A stretch of DNA of 64,000 bases, taken from positions 3,644 to 67,643 of the forward strand of contig KB900441.1 of NCBI GenBank assembly GCA_000378865.1. The letters are read 5' to 3'. This DNA comes from an actinobacterium SCGC AAA278-I18. Its GTDB lineage: Bacteria; Actinomycetota; Actinomycetes; Nanopelagicales; Nanopelagicaceae. This document shows positions 9,977 to 20,170 of the stretch, piece after piece; the first letter of the stretch is position 1; every line of letters begins with the position of its first letter. Position numbers and translations under genes: made by a program. The notes under the pieces were generated by a model. It was given only the letters and a program-made list of their open reading frames with translations. It had not been told where the DNA came from and ran no database searches.

Positions 9977-10204
9977 TTACTTAGCTGCTTGATCAGCTAA
10001 TTTTTCAGATTCATCTTGAATAAGGGCTGCAACCGGCTTTAAACCCTCGGCATACTCTTTAGCGTGGTGTGCACAAAATAGAAGTTGACCACCAGAGACC
10101 AAGATTGCGCGTACATAAGCCTGAGCACCACAACGATCGCAACGATCTAATGAGTTCAATGGAGTCTGCTCCATTGTGATCTGTCCGGTCATTATTTGCT
10201 CCAT
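9977..10204 (-). CDS. Small conserved actinobacterial Cys/His metal-binding protein
   Basis: DRCDRCGAQAYVR...LLFCAHH; usual position between sigA and parE. Confidence 0.8.
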   Translation of the reverse strand: MEQIMTGQITMEQTPLNSLDRCDRCGAQAYVRAILVSGGQLLFCAHHAKEYAEGLKPVAALIQDESEKLADQAAK

Positions 10205-10224
10205 CTCTTATTTACTATCAGGGG

Positions 10225-10251
10225 AACATCAAACCATGAATACTTTATTCC
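10225..10251 (-). promoter_or_regulatory. Putative SigR/SigH-type ECF promoter
   Basis: GGAAT-N19-GTT on the minus strand, 20 nt upstream of the 10204 start. Confidence 0.5.
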
Positions 10252-10406
10252 CGGCTGCATATTTGATTTCAATTAAGTAAATTTTACGCTTAAATGCTGA
10301 GAATATGTTGGATATATCTCATTTATATATCAATTATCGATAAATATGGGTCACTATCGGCGCGGATCAACTATATGTGGTAGTGCCGCAGTTAATCTTG
10401 GCGCCC

Positions 10407-12497
10407 GTGGCAACTAAAATCGCAAAACCTAATGATGGTACCTCTGCTGCGATTATCAGCAGCTACACCGCCAAAGATTTATCTGTCCTTGAAGGATTAG
10501 ATGCAGTTCGCAAACGTCCTGGTATGTATATCGGCACCACAGATTCTCGTGGTCTTATGCATTGTCTTTGGGAAATTATTGATAACGCAGTTGATGAAGC
10601 ATTAGCAGGTCATTGCAAAACAATTGAAATAAATTTAGAAGCAGATGGATCTGTTGAGGTTCATGATGATGGTCGTGGTATTCCGGTAGATAAGGAACCA
10701 AAGACTGGACTTACCGGTGTTGAAGTGGTTATGACAAAACTTCATGCTGGTGGAAAGTTTGGTGGCGGTTCATACGCTGCCTCTGGTGGTTTGCATGGTG
10801 TTGGTGCATCTGTTGTTAACGCACTTGCCTCCCGACTTGATGTTGAGGTTGACCGCGATAGCAAAATTTATTGGATGTCATTTAAACGTGGTCATGCTGG
10901 AATATTTGAAGGCGAAGGACCAAATGCAACTTTTAGTGAAAAATCTGGACTTCGGGTTATTGGCAAGGTTTCAGCAAAGGTAACTGGCACAAGAATTAAG
11001 TGGTGGTTTGATAAACAGATTTTCTTAAAAGAGGCAGAGTTAGCAATCGAAGATATCTATGCAAGAGCCAGACAAACCTCTTATTTAGTTCCAGGCTTAA
11101 CTTTGGTGGTTAATGACCGGCGTACTAAAACAAAGACAACTGAAACTTTTTTCCATAAGGGTGGGATCTCAGAGTTTTGTACATTCCTGCGCCCTGATGA
11201 TCCAGTTGGTGAGGTAATCAGACTCTCAGGCTCTGGTGCATACAGTGAAAATGTTCCAGTCTTAGATGAAAAAGGACATATGACTCCCACTGAGGTGGAT
11301 CGGGAGATGGGTGTTGATATTGCAATGCAATGGGGTAATGGTTATGAGGCAACTATTGCATCATTTGTAAACATTATCTCAACTCCAAAGGGTGGAACAC
11401 ATGTTGCCGGTTTTGAAAAGGCGATTACTAAGGCGGTCAATGACGCCCTTCGTGCCACTAAAACTTTAAAAAATAATGAGGCCGATGTTATTAAAGATGA
11501 TGTGCAGGAGGGATTAACTGCGGTTGTCACAGTTCGTATGTCTGAGCCACAATTTGAGGGACAAACTAAAGAGGTTTTAGGAACAGCAGCAGCTGCCAAG
11601 ATAGTTGGGCAGGTTGTTGCCGATGAGATGAAGACATTTTTTACCACTACAAAAAGAATTGAGAAGGCAACTGGGCGGTTAATTTTAGAGAAGATCGCCA
11701 ATGCCTCTAGAACTAGAATCTCAGCACGAGCCCACAAAGATTTGCAACGTAGAAAGAACGCACTAGAGAGCTCATCACTTCCAACAAAATTATCTGATTG
11801 CAGATCAGATGAGGCAGAGCGGACAGAGTTATTTATTGTTGAGGGAGACTCTGCTCTTGGCACAACAAAAGCGGCTAGAAACTCTGAGTTTCAAGCGATC
11901 TTGCCAATTCGAGGAAAGATTTTAAATGTGCAAAAGGCTTCACTCTCTCAGATGCTTGAGAACAATGAGTGTGCCTCAATTATTCAATCAATTGGTGCAG
12001 GTAGTGGAAAATCATTTGAGATTACCGAGGCAAGGTATGGCAGAGTAATTTTGATGTCAGATGCTGATGTGGATGGCGCGCATATTCGATGCCTGCTTTT
12101 AACATTATTTAATTCCTATATGCGTCCCCTTGTTGAAGCGGGTCGAGTATTTGCAGCAATTCCGCCCCTGCACCGAATTGATGTTATTGGTGGCAAAAAA
12201 GGGGAGATCTACTACACCTACTCTGATGATGAGATGAAAAAAGTTATCACAGCCCTTAAGAAGGATGGCAAGAGATGGAAAGAGCCAATCCAACGTTACA
12301 AAGGATTAGGTGAGATGGATGCTGATCAATTACGGGAGACCACAATGGATCCAGAGAAGCGAACTCTTCGCAGAATTACGATGAAGGATGTTACAAAAGC
12401 TGAGGCAATGTTTGAGTTATTAATGGGTAATGAGGTTGCACCTCGCAAAGATTTTATTTCAAGTGCTGATATTGATCGTGAGCGGATTGACGCTTAA
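10407..12497 (+). CDS. parE: DNA topoisomerase IV subunit B
   Basis: VRKRPGMYIG, EIIDNAVDE, GGLHGVG, EGDSALGT, DADVDG, RYKGLGEM; start probably GTG 10407. Confidence 0.9.
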   Translation: MATKIAKPNDGTSAAIISSYTAKDLSVLEGLDAVRKRPGMYIGTTDSRGLMHCLWEIIDNAVDEALAGHCKTIEINLEADGSVEVHDDGRGIPVDKEPKTGLTGVEVVMTKLHAGGKFGGGSYAASGGLHGVGASVVNALASRLDVEVDRDSKIYWMSFKRGHAGIFEGEGPNATFSEKSGLRVIGKVSAKVTGTRIKWWFDKQIFLKEAELAIEDIYARARQTSYLVPGLTLVVNDRRTKTKTTETFFHKGGISEFCTFLRPDDPVGEVIRLSGSGAYSENVPVLDEKGHMTPTEVDREMGVDIAMQWGNGYEATIASFVNIISTPKGGTHVAGFEKAITKAVNDALRATKTLKNNEADVIKDDVQEGLTAVVTVRMSEPQFEGQTKEVLGTAAAAKIVGQVVADEMKTFFTTTKRIEKATGRLILEKIANASRTRISARAHKDLQRRKNALESSSLPTKLSDCRSDEAERTELFIVEGDSALGTTKAARNSEFQAILPIRGKILNVQKASLSQMLENNECASIIQSIGAGSGKSFEITEARYGRVILMSDADVDGAHIRCLLLTLFNSYMRPLVEAGRVFAAIPPLHRIDVIGGKKGEIYYTYSDDEMKKVITALKKDGKRWKEPIQRYKGLGEMDADQLRETTMDPEKRTLRRITMKDVTKAEAMFELLMGNEVAPRKDFISSADIDRERIDA

Positions 12498-14092
12498 TCA
12501 ATACTGATTAGATCAAAGTAATCTTCTTTCCATAAATCCTCATCCCCATCTGGGAGCAAAATAACTCGCTCAGGCTTTAATGCAGCAACTGCTCCTTCAT
12601 CATGAGATACCAGAATTACTGATCCTTGATACTCACTTAATGCTGCCAAGATCTCATCACGGGAGGCTGGATCTAAGTTATTTGTTGGCTCATCAAGCAG
12701 TAATACATTTGCTGCGCTAACAACAAGAGTGGCAAGTGCTAGTCGAGTTCGCTCCCCACCACTTAATACTTTAACCGGCTTATGAACATCATCGCCAACA
12801 AATAGAAATGAACCAAGCACATTACGTGCCTCTGGCTCTCTAATATCTGCAGTAGCAGACATCATGTTCTCTAGTACTGTGCGTTCAAAATCAAGTGACT
12901 CATGCTCCTGGGCGTAATAACCAATCTTTAAACCATGGCCAGCAATAACCTCACCAGTATCTGATTCAAGATCTCCTGCCAAGATGCGCAGCAGTGTTGT
13001 TTTACCAGCACCATTTAATCCTAGAATTACTACCCGCGAACCCTTATCAATAATTACACCAACATCGGTAAAGATTTCAAGTGAACCGTATGATTTAGAT
13101 AGATCGTGTGCTGAGATTGGCGTCTTGCCACAAGGTGATGGCGTTGGAAAGCGAAGCTTTGCCACTTTATCTTTAACACGAACATCATCGAGAGAGCTAC
13201 GAAGTTTTTCAGCACGACGAAGCATTCCTTGGGCTGCGGTTGCCTTAGATGCTTTAGCCCGCATCTTCTCGCCCTGCTTTTGCAAAATCTCAGCCTTCTT
13301 CTCAGCATTTGCTCGCTCACGTTTGCGCCTATGTTCATCTTGTTCACGTTGTAATAAATACTGCTTCCAGCCCATGTTATATACATCAATTACATTTCGA
13401 TTGCCATCGATATAGAAAACCTTATTAACAACAGTCTCAATTAGATTCACATCATGGGAGATAATTACTAATCCACCAGAGTATTTTGAGAGATATTCAC
13501 GTAACCAGATAATAGAATCAGCATCTAAGTGGTTAGTGGGCTCATCTAATAGAAGTGTTTCAGCGCCAGAAAATAGAATTCGAGCAAGTTCAATTCTTCT
13601 TCTCTGTCCACCAGATAATGCACTTAGATCTTGGTCAAAGAGATGATTTGGCACACCAAGGGAGGAGGCAATTGCTTCCGCCTCTGCCGCTGCTGCATAA
13701 CCACCTGCGGTTGAGAACTCATGTTCAACTCTGGTGTATCGCTCCATTGCTTTCTCTAATTCAACACCCTCTGAGGTAGACATCTCCTCTTCAACAGTGC
13801 GCATTCGTTTACTAATTTGATCTAACTCACGAACTGAAAGAATTCGATCAATCACACTTCCTTGATCCTCACCAGTTCTAGGATCTTGCGGCAGATAACC
13901 AATCTTGCCGGTGCGGTTAATAACACCACCTGCTGGCATGATCTCACCTGCTAATACTTTGGCAAGCGTTGATTTACCGGCACCATTTCGACCAACAAAA
14001 CCAATCCGATCACCATGGTTAATTCGAACCGTTACATCTTTGACCAGAAGCCTTGCGGCAGCACGAAGTTCTAGGGCGTTAGTTGATATCAA
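12494..14092 (-). CDS. ABC-F family ATPase
   Basis: Two ABC cassettes (GRNGAGKS and GLNGAGKT, LSGG, LLLDEPTN) with linker and no TM segments. Confidence 0.93.
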   Translation of the reverse strand: MISTNALELRAAARLLVKDVTVRINHGDRIGFVGRNGAGKSTLAKVLAGEIMPAGGVINRTGKIGYLPQDPRTGEDQGSVIDRILSVRELDQISKRMRTVEEEMSTSEGVELEKAMERYTRVEHEFSTAGGYAAAAEAEAIASSLGVPNHLFDQDLSALSGGQRRRIELARILFSGAETLLLDEPTNHLDADSIIWLREYLSKYSGGLVIISHDVNLIETVVNKVFYIDGNRNVIDVYNMGWKQYLLQREQDEHRRKRERANAEKKAEILQKQGEKMRAKASKATAAQGMLRRAEKLRSSLDDVRVKDKVAKLRFPTPSPCGKTPISAHDLSKSYGSLEIFTDVGVIIDKGSRVVILGLNGAGKTTLLRILAGDLESDTGEVIAGHGLKIGYYAQEHESLDFERTVLENMMSATADIREPEARNVLGSFLFVGDDVHKPVKVLSGGERTRLALATLVVSAANVLLLDEPTNNLDPASRDEILAALSEYQGSVILVSHDEGAVAALKPERVILLPDGDEDLWKEDYFDLISID

Positions 14093-14098
14093 AGTTGC

Positions 14099-15598
14099 TT
14101 ATGCAACAAGGCGGGTGCGACGAGGTGAGGCATACTTCTTTTCAATTTCAGACAACTCCTCAGAGACCTTGGCTTTGATGCTCTCCTCAGTTTTTAGGAT
14201 CGCAGTTAAGGTGGAGATTGTAGCCTTTAATTCCTTTGCCTCATTCTCTAGTTCAATTTTGCTCATCTTGGTTAATCTACGCAGTGGCATATCCAAAATA
14301 TAGGTGGCTTGCTCATCACTTAACTTAAATGTCTTAATTAAGCCAGCTTTCGCAACTGTTGCATCCTCACTTGCTCTGATTAATTTAATTACCTTATCTA
14401 TGTCAACAATTGCTTTAAGAAGTCCATCTACTAAATTTAGACGATTTTGTGCTTTCACTTTGCGGAAGATTGAGCGCCGCTTTACTACCTCAATTCGGTG
14501 ATCAATAAATACCTGTAATAGATCTTTAAGCCCAAGAGTTAATGGTTTGCCATTTACCAAGGCAACTGCGTTAACTGAAAATGCATCCTCCATAGGTGTA
14601 AGGCGGTAGAGATTTTCTAATACCTCAACTGGCTCATAACCATTTTTAATCTCAACTACTACCTTAGTCCCAGATTGACCATCCGATAGATCGACAATAT
14701 CTGAGATGCCTAATACTTTTTTAGATTTAACCAGATCTGCAATCTTCTCAACAATTTTTTCAGGTCCAATGTTGTATGGAAGCTCAGTAATTACAATTCC
14801 CTGTTTGCGCGATGTAATCTTTTCAATTACCGCAGTTGCTCGCACCTTAAATGAGCCGCGGCCTTTGGCATAGGCATCAGCTAAGCCTTCAGTTGCAACT
14901 AGGTAACCACCAGTTGGAAAATCAGGAGCTGGTACTAACTTCATTAATTGTTTTAAGGTGGCCTTTGGGTTTTCCATTAATAATTTAGTTGCAGCAATTA
15001 CCTCACCAAGATTATGGGGTGCCATGTTGGTAGCCATACCAACTGCAATACCGGTGGCACCATTTACTAATAGATTTGGGAATGCTGCAGGTAAAACTTG
15101 AGGCTCTAAAATTTGGCCATCGTAATTTGCGCCAAAATTAACTGTGTCCTCATCTGACTCATCCACCATCATCATGGCAGAGTGGGCAAGACGGGATTCG
15201 GTATAGCGCATGGCAGCAGGGCCTGAATCTAATGATCCAAAATTTCCATGACCATCAATTAATGGCAGTCGCATAGAAAAAGATTGCGCCATACGAACCA
15301 TTGCATCATAAATAGCACCATCACCATGTGGATGTAGTTTTCCCATTACATCGCCAACAACTCGTGCGCACTTAACATGTCCTTTATCTGGACGAAGTCC
15401 CATCTCATTCATCTGATGAAGAATGCGACGTTGCACAGGTTTTAAACCATCACGAGCATCAGGAAGTGCACGGGAGTAAATTACTGAGTAGGCATACTCT
15501 AAAAATGACTCTGACATTTCAGAGCCAACATCAATATCAATTATGCGGCCAGGATTTTCTCCTGCTTTAGGTGCAACTACTTTAGGTGTCTTGGCCAT
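14099..15598 (-). CDS. parC: DNA topoisomerase IV subunit A, 499 aa, lacking the C-terminal pinwheel domain
   Basis: [21 protein letters not shown], catalytic AAMRYTE; ends at PRRTRLVA. Confidence 0.88.
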   Translation of the reverse strand: MAKTPKVVAPKAGENPGRIIDIDVGSEMSESFLEYAYSVIYSRALPDARDGLKPVQRRILHQMNEMGLRPDKGHVKCARVVGDVMGKLHPHGDGAIYDAMVRMAQSFSMRLPLIDGHGNFGSLDSGPAAMRYTESRLAHSAMMMVDESDEDTVNFGANYDGQILEPQVLPAAFPNLLVNGATGIAVGMATNMAPHNLGEVIAATKLLMENPKATLKQLMKLVPAPDFPTGGYLVATEGLADAYAKGRGSFKVRATAVIEKITSRKQGIVITELPYNIGPEKIVEKIADLVKSKKVLGISDIVDLSDGQSGTKVVVEIKNGYEPVEVLENLYRLTPMEDAFSVNAVALVNGKPLTLGLKDLLQVFIDHRIEVVKRRSIFRKVKAQNRLNLVDGLLKAIVDIDKVIKLIRASEDATVAKAGLIKTFKLSDEQATYILDMPLRRLTKMSKIELENEAKELKATISTLTAILKTEESIKAKVSEELSEIEKKYASPRRTRLVA

Positions 15599-15685
15599 AG
15601 GCCGTATCTTGCCAACATAAGTGTTGTTTCCTTGCCAACGACAAGCCAATTCTTCAGTGATTTAACCAAATGCTAACCTTTAGGC

Positions 15686-16069
15686 ATGTCTGCTGCTGAT
15701 TCGTATGCCCAAGAGGCTGCAGAACGCTGGCCCAAGGAGTATGTAGCAAGTAATTTAAAATTAAAATCAATGAGTGAGGAAGATCAACAAAAACTCTTTA
15801 AATTAGGCAGTGACAACATTAAAGATGTTGCAGATGCATTTATCTTACAAAAAGCTGCTGATTCTGCCGAGGTGCAAAAGCTAATAAAGATTCATTACAA
15901 CTGGGTCAGGGTTTTTTGGACTCCAACTAAGGATGCCTATATTGGATTAGGCGCCATGTATGTTTCAGATCCAAGGTTTACTAAAAACTATGACAAATAT
16001 GCACCAGGGTGTGCAGCTTTTATGGCCAAAGCGATGAGTATCTATGCTGGAGAGAATCTTTCTAATTGA
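15686..16069 (+). CDS. Stand-alone TipAS antibiotic-recognition domain protein
   Basis: YAQEAAERW, HYNWV, YIGLGAMYVSDPRFTKNYD. Confidence 0.85.
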   Translation: MSAADSYAQEAAERWPKEYVASNLKLKSMSEEDQQKLFKLGSDNIKDVADAFILQKAADSAEVQKLIKIHYNWVRVFWTPTKDAYIGLGAMYVSDPRFTKNYDKYAPGCAAFMAKAMSIYAGENLSN

Positions 16070-17160
16070 GTACTGAAAATTTTGGTTTAGCTGATTTAAC
16101 AAACTCTATCTTTAACTCACTATCAATTGCTGGTACCACCGATACCCTCGCATTAGGTCAATCCCAGATGCGGGAGTGTTTGATTCTCATTGATGGAATG
16201 GGACAGGATGCATTTGATAAGTATGCAGATCAATTTCCAGTCTTAGAGAGTTTAAAGCTGGTTAAAAAACTTAATGCCAATTTTCCATCAACTACTGCAA
16301 CTAGTTTGTCCACACTAGGAACTGGAGTATTGCCAGGAGTTCATGGCATGCTCGGTTACACCGTCAGAGTTCCCAGAAGTGATAATCGATTGTTAAATGC
16401 ACTTAAGTGGGATGAGCGGGTAGATCCAGTTATCTGGCAGAAGGTGCCAACATTATTTGAACGATCAGTATCAGCTGGAGTAGTTGTTTCACATGTTGCA
16501 GCTAAACGGTATGAGGCAAGTGGTTTCACCCAAGCAGCACTTCGTGGTGCTAGATATATTGGTGCAAATGGAGTTGATGAGATGGCAAGTGCAGTTGCAC
16601 TTGCACTAAAACCACAACCTTCTTTTGTTTACACATATTTAAATACCTTAGATGCTGCCGGTCATAGCGATGGGGTTGGTTCAGATAAGTGGCTAACTGC
16701 ACTTGCTCAAATTGCAGAGTTTGTTACCAAGGTAAAGGAGTTAGTACCAAGTGGTACTCGGATTTGGATTACCTCAGATCATGGAATGGTCAATAGCACA
16801 GCGCAACTAGTTTTAGGTCAAGATAATAAGTTGCTTGAGAATGTGACATTAATTGGTGGTGAGCCAAGAGCTAGGCATATTTATATTAAAGAGGGAGCAG
16901 AGTTAGAGACGGTTGCACTTTGGCGTGAGTTCTTAGGTGATAGGGCGCGGGTAATTAGTAGAGCAGAAGCGATTTCTGTTGGATTATTTGGGCCGGTTGT
17001 GAGTGAGGATTCAGCAGAACGGATGGGAGATTTAATTGCAATTCCCAATGATGATTTAATTTTAGTTGATCCAGCAAGAGTGCGGGAGGAAACATCAATG
17101 GTAGGACATCATGGTGGAGTTACCGATATTGAGGTTGCGATTCCACTCTTACTTGCTTAG
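16066..17160 (+). CDS. Alkaline phosphatase superfamily nucleotide pyrophosphatase/phosphodiesterase
   Basis: LIDGMG, FPSTTATS, DAAGH, TSDHG, GHHG metal motifs. Confidence 0.88.
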   Translation: MSTENFGLADLTNSIFNSLSIAGTTDTLALGQSQMRECLILIDGMGQDAFDKYADQFPVLESLKLVKKLNANFPSTTATSLSTLGTGVLPGVHGMLGYTVRVPRSDNRLLNALKWDERVDPVIWQKVPTLFERSVSAGVVVSHVAAKRYEASGFTQAALRGARYIGANGVDEMASAVALALKPQPSFVYTYLNTLDAAGHSDGVGSDKWLTALAQIAEFVTKVKELVPSGTRIWITSDHGMVNSTAQLVLGQDNKLLENVTLIGGEPRARHIYIKEGAELETVALWREFLGDRARVISRAEAISVGLFGPVVSEDSAERMGDLIAIPNDDLILVDPARVREETSMVGHHGGVTDIEVAIPLLLA

Positions 17161-17951
17161 TCCTCATCCTTTTTACCAAACATAATGTCATCCCAAGATG
17201 GAATCTTAATTCTTCTTGTCACGCCATCTTTTTTTGCCTCATCATCAATATCTTCAACAGCAGTCAGTGGAGTTGGCGCATATGGTGCGACATTTTCTCT
17301 AATTGAAACAAGTCTTGGTGGCTCACTTGGTGTGATCATTCCATGAGTTTGCACTGGTGGTTTAACCTTTGCCTCACCACCAATCCAACGAGCACCATCA
17401 TCATGAGCGGTGAGTGCGCGTCTGCCTAAATTAAATAACCAAACTGCTTCACCCTTTACCTCACTTGGTGCACCATCTCTGATCGGGTAGTAAAGCGTTA
17501 AATTCCAATTACCATCAGCTTGACGAAATGTGTTCCACTCAATTGTGTTCATATCAACACCCCGCGGGGCTAGTTGATTAGCAACAGCTGTTTCAAGATA
17601 TGGCGCATGTGGTTCACGGCGAATTTGTGTAGCAAGTGCTTGAGAAATAATAAATGCACGCTCCTGCAAAATAGGGCCTGCGTAATTTTCAATCTTCTCA
17701 ATTGACCAATCGGTAGTGCGAGAGATCGCATCAATTGTTTCACCACCGCGTAATCTGGCCTGCACCTCTTTAACAGTTGTAGTTATTACCTCATCAATAT
17801 CAGCAACAGCAGAAAGTCTTGGTTGGTTAACATTGGCACGCAATGTGTCACTAATCCTTAAGTTATATTGATTACCATCTTGATCAACTAACTCAAGCTC
17901 ACTGCCATCGGCAGATCGGCCAGTTAACCGCAGATCTGTTGATTCGCTCAT
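17157..17951 (-). CDS. sepH: Septation protein SepH (DUF3071)
   Basis: EVQARLRGG HTH, PILQER, C-terminal IPSWDDIMFG; start 17951. Confidence 0.88.
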   Translation of the reverse strand: MSESTDLRLTGRSADGSELELVDQDGNQYNLRISDTLRANVNQPRLSAVADIDEVITTTVKEVQARLRGGETIDAISRTTDWSIEKIENYAGPILQERAFIISQALATQIRREPHAPYLETAVANQLAPRGVDMNTIEWNTFRQADGNWNLTLYYPIRDGAPSEVKGEAVWLFNLGRRALTAHDDGARWIGGEAKVKPPVQTHGMITPSEPPRLVSIRENVAPYAPTPLTAVEDIDDEAKKDGVTRRIKIPSWDDIMFGKKDED

Positions 17952-18033
17952 GAGAGTAGATTGCCACAACTGTATGGCGGGATAAAACTGCCACACACAA
18001 ACCACCCTTTACTTTTCATGCTTAGATAACCTA

Positions 18034-18792
18034 GTGAGCGCAGAACTGTTAAAGCTAGCCGAATCAGTAGCGCGCTCGGCCGGAGCACATTTAATGAACC
18101 GTCCTGCCACCTTTACCTTTACTGAGAAAAGTTCAGCGGTTGATTTTGCAACTCAAATGGATCAACAAGCGGAGGAATTAATAGTTAAACAATTACTAGC
18201 AGCGCGAGCTGATGATGGAATTATTGCTGAGGAGGGAGCGGCGAAGGAAAGTAAATCTGGAATTACTTGGGTGATTGATCCATTAGATGGCACCGTAAAT
18301 TATCTATATGGACTGCCAGGCTGGAATGTTTCAGTTGCCGCCAAAGATAAGGATGGAGTTTTAGCAGGGGTAGTTTATGCACCCAGTATTAATGGATTCT
18401 GGTCTGCTACCCGTGGTGGTGGTGCTACCTATAACGGGAAAAAGATTAAGTGCAATGACCCAATTACTTTGGATAAAGCACTTTTAGCAACTGGTTTTGC
18501 ATACGATTTAAAGCTAAGAGTTACGCAAGGGGAGACAATGGCTAATTTGCTTCCAAGAATTCGTGACTTGCGAAGAAATGGCGCAGCAGCGGTTGATCTT
18601 TGTTATGTAGCAATGGGAGCAATCGATGGCTACTTTGAAGCATCACTTAAGGAGTGGGATCATGCAGCTGGTGGTTTGATTGCAACTGAGGCAGGTGCGG
18701 TTATTTCTGGTCGAGGTGGTGGGGCACCTAATAGTGATCTAGTAATCTGTGCTGGACCAGCCCTACACGCTGCGCTTTTGCCCCTAATCTGA
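18034..18792 (+). CDS. suhB: Inositol monophosphatase family protein
   Basis: EEG, WVIDPLDGTVNY, WDHAAG. Confidence 0.9.
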   Translation: MSAELLKLAESVARSAGAHLMNRPATFTFTEKSSAVDFATQMDQQAEELIVKQLLAARADDGIIAEEGAAKESKSGITWVIDPLDGTVNYLYGLPGWNVSVAAKDKDGVLAGVVYAPSINGFWSATRGGGATYNGKKIKCNDPITLDKALLATGFAYDLKLRVTQGETMANLLPRIRDLRRNGAAAVDLCYVAMGAIDGYFEASLKEWDHAAGGLIATEAGAVISGRGGGAPNSDLVICAGPALHAALLPLI

Positions 18793-18885
18793 ACTCAAAT
18801 TGATCTAATCACCCCTGCTATGGCAAGATAAGGCCTTCACTCAAATTAATTGATTGACATTAAATTTAAACGATTAGGACAAATT

Positions 18886-19425
18886 ATGAACGTATTAGAT
18901 GCTGTTGATGCCGCCTCACTTCGCAAAGACATCCCATCATTTCGTTCTGGCGATGAGTTAAAGGTTCATGTTCGAGTTATTGAAGGCAGCAAGAGTCGTA
19001 TCCAGGTTTTCCAAGGTGTGGTAATTGCCCGCTCTGGTTCTGGAATTCGTGAGTCATTTACAATTCGTAAAATTTCATACGGTGTTGGTGTTGAGCGAAC
19101 CTTCCCAGTGCACACACCAGTAATTGAAAAAATTGAGATTGTCCGTCACGGTTCAGCTCGTCGCGCCAAGCTTTACTACCTACGTAAATTAACTGGTAAG
19201 GCAACAAAGATTAAAGAGCGTCGTGGCGCAGATGGTGAAATTATTAATGAGCCAGCTTATGTTCCACCAGTGGTTTCTAAAAAGGTTTCTGTTCCTGAGG
19301 TTGGTGAGGCCGCAGCAGTTGTTGTTGCCGCAGCATCTGTTACCGAAGTTACAGCCGAAGAAGTAGTTGAATCACCAGCGGTTTCTGCTGAAGCATCAGC
19401 TGCTGATGCAACTGCAAGTGAGTAA
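18886..19425 (+). CDS. rplS: 50S ribosomal protein L19 with 66-aa acidic C-terminal extension
   Basis: [23 protein letters not shown]; SD AGGA before ATG 18886. Confidence 0.95.
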   Translation: MNVLDAVDAASLRKDIPSFRSGDELKVHVRVIEGSKSRIQVFQGVVIARSGSGIRESFTIRKISYGVGVERTFPVHTPVIEKIEIVRHGSARRAKLYYLRKLTGKATKIKERRGADGEIINEPAYVPPVVSKKVSVPEVGEAAAVVVAAASVTEVTAEEVVESPAVSAEASAADATASE

Positions 19426-19427
19426 TA

Positions 19428-19667
19428 ATGATTGATGAAGCGCTAGAGCATTTAGTAAAAGGTATTGTCGATAACCCAGCTGAGGTTGTAATTACTGAGA
19501 AAACTTCTCGTGGTGGTACAACTTTAGAGGTACGTGTTCACCCAGAGGATATTGGTAAGGTAATTGGCCGCAATGGTCGCACTGCAAAAGCACTTCGCAC
19601 TGTGGTCAGCGCAATCGCTGGTCGCTCAGTTCGGGTTGATCTAATCGAGGCAGACGAGGTTCGTTAA
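19428..19667 (+). CDS. khpA: KH-domain RNA-binding protein
   Basis: DIGKVIGRNGRTAKALR. Confidence 0.92.
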   Translation: MIDEALEHLVKGIVDNPAEVVITEKTSRGGTTLEVRVHPEDIGKVIGRNGRTAKALRTVVSAIAGRSVRVDLIEADEVR

Positions 19668-19669
19668 TT

Positions 19670-20170
19670 TTGCAACTTGTCGTAGGTCGCATCGGCCGCG
19701 CACATGGAGTTCTTGGTGAGGCAACAATTGAGGTTCGCACCGATGATGCAGATCTAAGGTTTGCAGTTGGTAATAAATTAACGTTAGATAATGGTCGTAA
19801 TTTAATTATTAAATCTGCTCGTTGGCACAACCAAGTGTTACTCCTGACCTTTGAAGGTATTACCGATCGCAACCAAATTGAAGAGCTACGGGATCAATTA
19901 ATTTCAGCAGAGGTTGATACTGAAGATACTGCACCAGGTGAGTATCACTATCAACAACTAATTGGTTCACAGGTCTTACTTACAACTGGTGAATTAATTG
20001 GGGTAGTAAGTGAGATTGTTAAACTACCCGGACAGGATTTACTTTCAGTAAGTAGGGATGGCAAAGAGGTATTAATCCCAATGGTTAAGCCAATTATTAT
20101 CTCAATCGATGTCACAAAGAGAGAGATTATTATTGATCCACCGAAAGGATTGCTAGATGTTGCGCTTTGA
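19670..20170 (+). CDS. rimM: Ribosome maturation factor RimM
   Basis: VGRIGRAHGVLGE and PRC-barrel C-terminus (LIPMV, DPPKGLL). Confidence 0.95.
   Translation: MQLVVGRIGRAHGVLGEATIEVRTDDADLRFAVGNKLTLDNGRNLIIKSARWHNQVLLLTFEGITDRNQIEELRDQLISAEVDTEDTAPGEYHYQQLIGSQVLLTTGELIGVVSEIVKLPGQDLLSVSRDGKEVLIPMVKPIIISIDVTKREIIIDPPKGLLDVAL

Noticed and set aside
10260-10350. AT-rich spacer with short palindromes before parE as a dif site or origin
   Set aside because: No XerC/XerD arm match or DnaA boxes; palindromes are expected by chance in AT-rich DNA
11342-11863. 173-aa antisense ORF in parE, and similar shadows at 1631-2011, 12984-13415, 47052-47411 and 60869-61336
   Set aside because: In-register antisense ORFs inside conserved genes, with no recognisable domains or initiation signals
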